NCBI GenBank assembly: GCA_038150505.1
Contig: JAYOTQ010000001.1
Coordinates: forward strand, 3,538 to 66,647
Source: Opitutales bacterium
GTDB taxonomy: Bacteria; Verrucomicrobiota; Verrucomicrobiia; Opitutales; Seribacteraceae
Direction: 5' to 3'
DNA length: 63,110 bases
In this document: piece after piece, positions 56,417-63,110 of the stretch
Position numbering within the stretch: the stretch's first letter is position 1
Layout of the letters: the number at the start of each line of letters is the position of its first letter
The notes under the pieces: generated by a model
Seen by the model: only the letters and a program-made list of their open reading frames with translations
Databases searched by the model: none
Told to the model about the DNA's origin: nothing
Made by a program: the position numbers and the translations under genes

Positions 56417-57244
56417 TCACTCGCTTGCCCCGACTTCTACCCGAATTTTTTTGGGTCCTAAGATTGGCTTGGGGGAGGCTTTGTAGTTCTTCTTGCTCGA
56501 ACTGGATTGGGAGGAGCGGGTGGAGGAACCGGTTTGAGAACCAAAGTTCGACCGCGAGGCAGAGCTAGAAGTTGATATTTTTTTGGGGCCCATCCAGTAG
56601 TTGCTTTTTCCCTGAGGGATGGGTTGACCCCTGGTGGACGGAAGGCCCGAACCTCGCACATCGGCTTCCCTAATTGCATTTGTACTCCCGGAGGCACCGG
56701 CACGCTGCACCGGGAAGCCCGCCTCCTTGGGCCGGCCCCGCCGAAACTGGTAGCGGTTGATGTCTTGTAAAGACATATTATTGACCTTATCCATCCATTC
56801 TTCCACTCGATCATTGAGGCGAGCATAATAGGCGTCTCTAAATTCTACCGCATTTACTGCAGGGTCACGCTTGGTAAGGTTTTCATTATTTGCCCTCATG
56901 AAATTTTCTTTGGCCACCTGATCATTCAGGGGGGTTTCTATCTCAATTTGGGTGGTGGTAAATCTTTCCCTCCCTAAAATTTTTGCCCCGCCCATGGGAA
57001 ATCTTTTGCCCCCAAATGGAGAAAAATGAGCGGGCCACTCCTCGATTGAAATTCGGCGGGATGATGATGGGCTTAAACGGTTGAAGGAGGAGGCTCGCCC
57101 GCTTAGAGAACTCTTTTTGCCATCCAGGCGTGTAACCCGCTTGGTAAAATCATTCGCTTTTTGTTGGGCAAAGGTTTCTAAAGTACCCACAAAGAACAGG
57201 AAACAAAAGATGCAGGAAATCCTCGACTTTAGACAACTGCTCAT
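56417..57244 (-). CDS. Basic, low-complexity exported hypothetical protein
   Basis: Signal-peptide-like N-terminus; [12 protein letters not shown] motif; Ser/Arg-rich tail; start uncertain. Confidence 0.6.
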   Translation of the reverse strand: MSSCLKSRISCIFCFLFFVGTLETFAQQKANDFTKRVTRLDGKKSSLSGRASSFNRLSPSSSRRISIEEWPAHFSPFGGKRFPMGGAKILGRERFTTTQIEIETPLNDQVAKENFMRANNENLTKRDPAVNAVEFRDAYYARLNDRVEEWMDKVNNMSLQDINRYQFRRGRPKEAGFPVQRAGASGSTNAIREADVRGSGLPSTRGQPIPQGKSNYWMGPKKISTSSSASRSNFGSQTGSSTRSSQSSSSKKNYKASPKPILGPKKIRVEVGASE

Positions 57245-57299
57245 GAATAAAACATATACAATTGTCTTTACTTGCATTCAAGATAGAACCCATCCAAAT

Positions 57300-58097
57300 A
57301 TGAAAACATACCTATCCTTGCTCCAACGCTTAATTGACCAAGGGGTCTACCGTAGTGACCGTACGGGCACAGGTACTTGGTCTGTTTTTGGTGAACAGGT
57401 AAGATTCAGTCTGGACGACGGGTTTCCACTGCTTACCACCAAAAAGCTCCACCTTAGATCGATCATTCATGAATTGCTATGGTTTTTGAACGGGGACACC
57501 AATGTACATTATCTTCAGCAAAACAAAGTCAGTATTTGGGATGAATGGGCGGATGAGAACGGTGATTTGGGCCGGGTTTATGGTGCCCAATGGACGGATT
57601 GGAAAAAATCGGATGGCAGTGGCACGGTCAATCAAATCGAGGAAGTCATTCGTTCCATTCGGGAAAACCCTGACAGCCGGAGACACTTGGTTTGTGCGTG
57701 GAATCCCGGAGAATTGCACCTAATGGCCTTGCCCCCCTGCCATGCCCTTTTTCAGTTTTATGTGGCAGATGGGAAATTAAGCTGCCAGCTATATCAACGC
57801 AGTGCCGATCTGTTTCTGGGAGTGCCATTCAATATTGCTTCCTATGCCCTACTCACCCAGATGATCGCAAAAATTTGTAACCTTCAGGCTCATGAATTTG
57901 TCCATACCTTTGGCGATTTACACCTCTACTCTAATCACCGTGAGCAAGCTGAATTGCAGCTTTCCCGGGCTCCACGAGCCAAGCCAAAAATGATCATCCA
58001 TGGCGAACAAAAAGAAATCACAGACTTTAAATTTGAGGATTTTGAACTGGTAGATTACGACCCCCACCCTGCTATCAAAGCTCCCATAGCTGTATGA
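57300..58097 (+). CDS. thyA: Thymidylate synthase
   Basis: Start ATG 57300; [40 protein letters not shown]. Confidence 0.98.
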   Translation: MKTYLSLLQRLIDQGVYRSDRTGTGTWSVFGEQVRFSLDDGFPLLTTKKLHLRSIIHELLWFLNGDTNVHYLQQNKVSIWDEWADENGDLGRVYGAQWTDWKKSDGSGTVNQIEEVIRSIRENPDSRRHLVCAWNPGELHLMALPPCHALFQFYVADGKLSCQLYQRSADLFLGVPFNIASYALLTQMIAKICNLQAHEFVHTFGDLHLYSNHREQAELQLSRAPRAKPKMIIHGEQKEITDFKFEDFELVDYDPHPAIKAPIAV

Positions 58098-58573
58098 ACT
58101 CCTCTCATCCTTACAAAGCAATTGTAGCCGTTGCCGAAAATGGTGTGATTGGACGCGGGGGGGATCTCCCATGGCGGCTTCCCGGTGACCTTAAGTGGTT
58201 TAAGAAGATAACCCTGGGTCATACTATTTTAATGGGCAGAAAGACTTGGGATTCACTCCCTGGTGCATTACCCGGCAGAAAAAACTGGGTACTGAGCCGG
58301 CAAGTAAGCCCTGAGGATGGTATGTCTGTTTTCAGATCGATGGCAGAGGTAAAGCAAGCACTCGATCCATCCCAGGATTTATTTGTAATCGGTGGGGGCG
58401 AAATCTACTCTATGGCATTGCCCCTATGTCATGAGCTTTACATCAGTGAGGTCAGGCAAAACATACCTGACGGAGATGCCTTTTTTCCTTCCTACAAGGA
58501 TGACTTTATCCCCGAAGAAGTATTGGATGACAATGAGGATTTTCTTCTCCGCAGGTGGATTCGGTCGGTCTAA
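58094..58573 (+). CDS. folA: Dihydrofolate reductase
   Basis: AENGVIG...[38 protein letters not shown]; ATGA overlap with thyA. Confidence 0.96.
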   Translation: MNSSHPYKAIVAVAENGVIGRGGDLPWRLPGDLKWFKKITLGHTILMGRKTWDSLPGALPGRKNWVLSRQVSPEDGMSVFRSMAEVKQALDPSQDLFVIGGGEIYSMALPLCHELYISEVRQNIPDGDAFFPSYKDDFIPEEVLDDNEDFLLRRWIRSV

Positions 58574-58584
58574 AGAAAAGAAGA

Positions 58585-59493
58585 TCAGATTTGTAAGTCA
58601 AAGGGGAGAAAACTCTCCTCTTCATCCTCTCCCACTTTGATTTGCGCCCACAAACGATAATTTCCGGGTATGGGAGATTTAAAACTGAAAGTGAGCGGTC
58701 CCTTTTTTGTGTCATCCAAAGATTTGGGAGGTTCGTACTCAAGAGGGTGCAAGTGAGCAAACCCGTCGATACTGGGTTCAAATGCGACTAGGTGAGCAAA
58801 CGCACCCATCACGGGTTTCAGTTCTAAGTTTTTGCCGTCCTTATCAATGGCGGAAAATTTCAGCAGCCATTCATTACTTCCCTCCTCTGCAACCGATGCA
58901 TCGATTAGGAATGTGCGGTCTTTTTGTTGTAAGCTTAAGGAAGAACCACCACGGGAAGTACTTTGAGGATCGCCAGGTACAGTAAAGGCCGATCCAAGCA
59001 GGACCCTCCGAGGGCTGCGAAGAGGAATTAAGTCTAAATACACCCGGTATTTGCCCGGCTTATTCGGTGTCAGTGTAAAACGCCAAATGCCATTAAACAA
59101 GGGGTCGGGCTGGGGATGAAGATGTTGGTAATCTTCCATAGTTGGATCAATCGCTAACAGGTGAATTCTCTGGGTATGGCTGAGAGCTACATCTTCTTTG
59201 CCTAGAGGGGATCCATCTGCCTGTTTGATATTCATCTCAAACCGACAAGGTTTGCCTACTTCCAAAGGATCAAGCGGGCGAAACTCTAGGCTCATTGGCC
59301 ACCGGCGAATGGAGAGGTCAACAAACCCTTCTTCGCCAGGACCGCAATAATCTAATTCACCTTCGAGGTTGTATGTTTCTTCATGCAGAAAGTCACATTG
59401 TTCAACGGGCAAGGAACGAACTACAAAATAGATAAGAACAAAGGGGATCGTTAATAAAACAGGAGCAAACTTATTGGATAAAAAAGGTTTCAT
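58585..59493 (-). CDS. Membrane-anchored His-motif protein, probable metal (copper)-binding
   Basis: N-terminal TM; two internal repeats IHLLAID...YQHLHP and AHLVAFE...FAHLHP, each followed by PGxYR. Confidence 0.7.
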   Translation of the reverse strand: MKPFLSNKFAPVLLTIPFVLIYFVVRSLPVEQCDFLHEETYNLEGELDYCGPGEEGFVDLSIRRWPMSLEFRPLDPLEVGKPCRFEMNIKQADGSPLGKEDVALSHTQRIHLLAIDPTMEDYQHLHPQPDPLFNGIWRFTLTPNKPGKYRVYLDLIPLRSPRRVLLGSAFTVPGDPQSTSRGGSSLSLQQKDRTFLIDASVAEEGSNEWLLKFSAIDKDGKNLELKPVMGAFAHLVAFEPSIDGFAHLHPLEYEPPKSLDDTKKGPLTFSFKSPIPGNYRLWAQIKVGEDEEESFLPFDLQI

Positions 59494-59501
59494 TGTGCAG
59501 G

Positions 59502-60431
59502 TTACCCCTCAACTCCTTCTGGCAAACGAGCCAAGAAATCTTCTACGGACCATTGGCTGCCAGGGAATTGGTAAATGATTTGTCTTTTAGAATTTATGAT
59601 CATCGTTCGCATGGTGTGGTCTAAGGGTAAATCCTCCACATTCTTGCGAAAAATACCAAACTGGCGGGTGAGGTCATCAATCACTGGTTTATTGGCCGTT
59701 CCCAAACGGAAGTTATCCTCGTCCAAACTGTAGGCTCTGGCATAAGATTTAAGCACCCCTGGAGTATCAAACTCAGGATCTAAAGTGATGGAAAGAAAGC
59801 GGACATGAGGGACTTTGGTCTTTTGTGCAAGGGCTTGCAGTTTTTTCATCCTGAGGGTGGAAGCGGGGCACATTTCAGCGATCGAGCAGCGGGTAAAAAT
59901 AAAATTCAAAACCGTGACCGATCCGTCAAAATAATCCGTAGTGATCACCTTGCCATCTTGATCGTACAGGGCAAAAGGAGGCAGGGTATCCCCCACCGAC
60001 CGGATCATGCTGTCACCCATGCTCAAAGTATCTCTGCGAAGCAAACGGTTCACATTGTTTACCCTGATTCTTTCTGCACGATCATCTGGCCAAACGCGAC
60101 TGAGCAGGTAGTTCTCCCCATCCGTCGGGTTAAAGGTTAGTTTCGCCAAAGCCCGGAATGTTTCATTCTGAGCGAGAAGGTTAAGGTCGCCAGGCTGCAC
60201 TGTGAATGACTTCTCAAACCCAGAAAAAGACCCCCAATCCTTGTGCAGACCCACACCACAACCCAGAATTTCAGCCCTTATTGTGCTCCTGTTTTCATCC
60301 ACGCTAAGGACCTTTCCTCTGACTTCTTCGTTTTGCAAAGAGGTTTTAATCCCAGATTTTTGCGATCTTTTCTCACAGGAAAGGAGGGAAAAGAAGACAA
60401 ATAGGGGAAATAGTTTGCTCAAATAAATCAC
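59502..60431 (-). CDS. SCO1/SenC family lipoprotein with N-terminal extra domain
   Basis: Lipobox LLSC; FALYDQDG, FIFTRCSIAEMCP, SITLDPEFDTP, DHTMRT. Confidence 0.9.
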   Translation of the reverse strand: MIYLSKLFPLFVFFSLLSCEKRSQKSGIKTSLQNEEVRGKVLSVDENRSTIRAEILGCGVGLHKDWGSFSGFEKSFTVQPGDLNLLAQNETFRALAKLTFNPTDGENYLLSRVWPDDRAERIRVNNVNRLLRRDTLSMGDSMIRSVGDTLPPFALYDQDGKVITTDYFDGSVTVLNFIFTRCSIAEMCPASTLRMKKLQALAQKTKVPHVRFLSITLDPEFDTPGVLKSYARAYSLDEDNFRLGTANKPVIDDLTRQFGIFRKNVEDLPLDHTMRTMIINSKRQIIYQFPGSQWSVEDFLARLPEGVEG

Positions 60432-60667
60432 GGATTCGTTTTAATGCAGGCTCGGGTCACAAGCAATTTCAATCCCCTGAATTCCTTGAGAATTTTTGGT
60501 TATTTTGATGATGGTTGGCTACCATCCGGTTCCGACGAAGAAAAAAGACCAAGTTAATGGAACTGCAACCAATTATTAGCTGAGCTTTCAATCAATAATA
60601 ATTTGCCTATCACCTTGCTTGCTTTTGTTTGCCAAATCATAATTCTAATATTAGAAATTCTACTGAC

Positions 60668-61600
60668 GTGAGTCTAGGAAAACCCATACCAGCTAAGCCC
60701 CACCCCGGCTCGCTTTCAAGTACGCCGGGCTTCTCTGTGCATGGGATGTACGAACTTACCAAACCCCGACTTAGTTTGTTGTCTGTTTTTACCGCATCAC
60801 TTGGCTACCTTGTCCGGGAACCCCTTCAATCTGATTGGTCTATTTTTATTGCCCTGACCCTTGGTACAGCCCTCGCTGCCGCCGGGGCCGCTGCTCTGAA
60901 CCAATGGATGGAACGGTCTGAAGATGCCCAAATGGCACGAACTTCCACACGTCCGCTTCCTTCCGGGCTGGTCAGCCCGCAGTTTGCTGTTGTTTTTGGC
61001 ATTCTTCTTTCTTCTCTTGGTCTTTACATTTTATGGACGGGGACCAACCCATGGGCGACCATCCTCACCCTTGCCACCCTGGTCGTTTATTTACTTCTAT
61101 ACACTCCCATGAAAAAGTGGAGTCCCTATGCCACTGAAGTTGGTGCCATCTCTGGTGCCTTGCCTCCATTGATTGGCTGGGTCGCTGCCGAAGGAGCTCC
61201 CACCATTTATGGGTGGATTTTGTTTGGCATTCTTTTTACTTGGCAGCTCCCCCATTTTATGGCGATCGCCTGGAATTTTCGTGACGATTATTCCAAGGGA
61301 GGGTTCAAGCTCCATCAACTGGGGGATCCGGATGGTCGTGCTCTAGCCCGTAAAAGTTTGCTTTATTCCTTTTTGCTCACCGCATTTGTATTCTGTCCCT
61401 ACTTTCTTGAGCTTGGACAATCCCAACCGGGTTCCTTCTACCTTGCCTCCGCCGTCTTCCTGTCTCTTTATCTCATCATCCCAGCAATCCGATTTTTTAC
61501 ATCCCAAAACCGGGACCAATCTGCCAAGAAGCTCTTTTTTGTAACCATTATTTATTTACCCCTTCTCTTTGCCGCACTCGTCATTGATAGGTACTTATAA
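60668..61600 (+). CDS. cyoE: Protoheme IX farnesyltransferase (heme O synthase)
   Basis: LTKPRL, NQWMERSEDAQMARTSTRPLPSG, YTPMKK, GALPPLIGW, WQLPHF; start uncertain (60629-60747). Confidence 0.95.
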   Translation: MSLGKPIPAKPHPGSLSSTPGFSVHGMYELTKPRLSLLSVFTASLGYLVREPLQSDWSIFIALTLGTALAAAGAAALNQWMERSEDAQMARTSTRPLPSGLVSPQFAVVFGILLSSLGLYILWTGTNPWATILTLATLVVYLLLYTPMKKWSPYATEVGAISGALPPLIGWVAAEGAPTIYGWILFGILFTWQLPHFMAIAWNFRDDYSKGGFKLHQLGDPDGRALARKSLLYSFLLTAFVFCPYFLELGQSQPGSFYLASAVFLSLYLIIPAIRFFTSQNRDQSAKKLFFVTIIYLPLLFAALVIDRYL

Positions 61601-61611
61601 TTTTATACATC

Positions 61612-63003
61612 ATGACCTCGATTCTACCAAAGCTCCTCTCGCTCCCACACCTTCTTGTCTTTGCATTCATCCTGCTCTCCGGCAGCTGCTCACGCATTGA
61701 CCACAAGCAATCAGCTCTCGACCCCAAAGGCTTGGTTTCCCAAAACCAGTATGATGTGTTCATGCTTTCTGTATGGATAACGATCTTTCTTTTTTGTGCG
61801 GTAGGCGGATGCCTTCTTTATGTACTTTGGAGGTTCCGTGCCAAGAATGCCCAGGAAGCGAAAGAGATCCCTCCACAGTCCCATGGAAACTCCTTGATTG
61901 AAACCAGCCTCATCATCGTATCTTCCATCATTTTGGTGATCCTTGCAGTACCTACCCTCCAAGGCATTGTTTTGTTAAACCGTGTACCGGATGCAAATGA
62001 TACCGAAACTTTGGAAAAGCTGGGTCTTGACCGTAGCCAAATTGACGGTGCCATAACCGTGAATGTAACCGGCAAAAGATTCTTCTGGGTCTTTGAATAT
62101 CCTCAATATGGAATTGTTACGGCCAATGAACTCATTTTCCCTGCATCGAAAGCAGTTCGTATCAACCTGCGTACCGAAGATGTCATACACAGCTTTTGGG
62201 TTCCCAAACTTGCCGGCAAGATGGATCTCATGCCTGGACAGGAAAACTTCATGTGGTTCATCGCAGACCAAAGCAAAATCATCGGAGATGCCGATGCTGC
62301 GACTGCTATGCCAGCCGTTCATGATGGTGAAATGCGTGCCCAAGTTTTTGCCAAACAAAAATTCACCGATGAGTTTGAGCCCGTGGGAGGACTCTTTTAC
62401 GGCCAATGTGCTGAATACTGCGGAAATTCTCATGCTTACATGTCCTTTCGTGCCCTTGCCCAAACCGATGAAGACTTTGATAAGTGGGTAAAGCGTTTTC
62501 AAGATGCCCAAAACCCAAACCTCCAGACCAAAACCTACGACTCCAAGCAATCTTACAAAAAGGGCTCTCTAGTTTCCTTCGCCGACCCCAAACTTGGTGC
62601 AGGAGCCAACCGAGAATACCGCTCGATCCGTAATACGGCCGCCGGTCAATCCCCACAGCTCAACCCAGGAGCGTGGGAGAAAGCCCATTCCGATGACTAC
62701 GAAATCGGCAAACAATTGTTTGGATCCCTGCAGTGCGTGCAATGCCATGCGGTAAACCGGACTGGCCTTGGTGCGAAGGGTCCAAACCTCACCCTTTACG
62801 GCCTTCGTACTTCCCTTGCTGCAGGATGGATGCGAAATGACGAGGAAAGCCTCAGGAAATGGCTAAAGAATTCAAATGATATAAAATACGGAAACCTTAT
62901 GTGGAACGGAGAGGGTGTGGATGATCGTCACCCACTACGCAACCTCGAAGAGGATGATGAAAAAGTAAACCAGCTCATTGCCTACCTCCTCGGACAATCC
63001 TAA
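61612..63003 (+). CDS. coxB: Cytochrome c oxidase subunit II, caa3-type with C-terminal cytochrome c
   Basis: Lipobox-like SGSC, 2 TM, DVIHSFWVP and CAEYCGNSHAYM (CuA), CVQCH heme motif, GPNLT; two unusual insertions. Confidence 0.94.
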   Translation: MTSILPKLLSLPHLLVFAFILLSGSCSRIDHKQSALDPKGLVSQNQYDVFMLSVWITIFLFCAVGGCLLYVLWRFRAKNAQEAKEIPPQSHGNSLIETSLIIVSSIILVILAVPTLQGIVLLNRVPDANDTETLEKLGLDRSQIDGAITVNVTGKRFFWVFEYPQYGIVTANELIFPASKAVRINLRTEDVIHSFWVPKLAGKMDLMPGQENFMWFIADQSKIIGDADAATAMPAVHDGEMRAQVFAKQKFTDEFEPVGGLFYGQCAEYCGNSHAYMSFRALAQTDEDFDKWVKRFQDAQNPNLQTKTYDSKQSYKKGSLVSFADPKLGAGANREYRSIRNTAAGQSPQLNPGAWEKAHSDDYEIGKQLFGSLQCVQCHAVNRTGLGAKGPNLTLYGLRTSLAAGWMRNDEESLRKWLKNSNDIKYGNLMWNGEGVDDRHPLRNLEEDDEKVNQLIAYLLGQS

Positions 63004-63040
63004 TTTTTTACTACCAACCAGCACGAACCCATATATTGCC

Positions 63041-63110
63041 ATGGCTACCGAATCAATTAAGTATGTCGCCCCAGATACCGAAAATAAGGTAAAGACCCAG
63101 GTCTTCCCAC
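63041..63110 (+). CDS. 5' end of the next gene, probably cytochrome c oxidase subunit I (partial)
   Basis: ATG 63041 MATESIKYVAPDTENKVKTQVFP, open to the window edge; identity from gene order only. Confidence 0.5.
   Translation, partial: MATESIKYVAPDTENKVKTQVFP

Noticed and set aside
57081-57299. N-terminal extension of ThyA
   Set aside because: It overlaps the opposite-strand gene, and homology begins at ATG 57300. Similar over-long starts were trimmed for plsY, serA and 4323-5108.
60432-60660. FNR/Anr box upstream of the oxidase operon
   Set aside because: Only isolated half-sites (TTGAT, ATCAA) occur, not the TTGAT-N4-ATCAA arrangement.
61975-62550. Long antisense ORFs (also 34005-34571, 54120-54665, 11858-12319)
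   Set aside because: They lie opposite well-supported genes and show no recognisable motifs, so they are most likely shadow frames.

Overview
Gene-dense chromosomal window, about 45% GC by eye, most likely from a marine Verrucomicrobiota (Opitutales-like) bacterium; this is inferred from gene content and protein styles, not from a marker search. Most of it is core metabolism: infC, lpxA, aroB, ftsY, ffh, rodA, RNase E/G, cysS, cimA, serA-plsY-hom-lysC-thrC, hemC-cobA/hemD-trpF, ilvN-ilvC, thyA-folA and the start of a caa3-type cytochrome c oxidase operon. It also holds three tRNAs (Ser-GCT, Lys-TTT, Val-TAC) and a pentose/polyol ABC uptake and catabolism cluster. I saw no CRISPR array, rRNA, transposase or integrase. 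A secreted S1 serine protease at the left edge is missing from the ORF track. The best candidate for an undescribed system is 7067-13538. There, two exported single-barrel prenyltransferase/squalene-cyclase-repeat proteins without the DXDD motif are arranged divergently with a YdjY-like protein, a Cys-pair protein, an azurin-like blue copper protein and a degenerate NRAMP-like transporter. Other leads are a CBM5/12-like insert in cytochrome oxidase subunit II, a His-motif protein plus atypical SCO as a possible copper-delivery pair, a glycerate kinase-DUF2062 fusion, an orphan terminator suggesting a small RNA, and tRNA-Val sitting directly in front of ilvN-ilvC. All family assignments come from motif recognition by eye; no database search was run.
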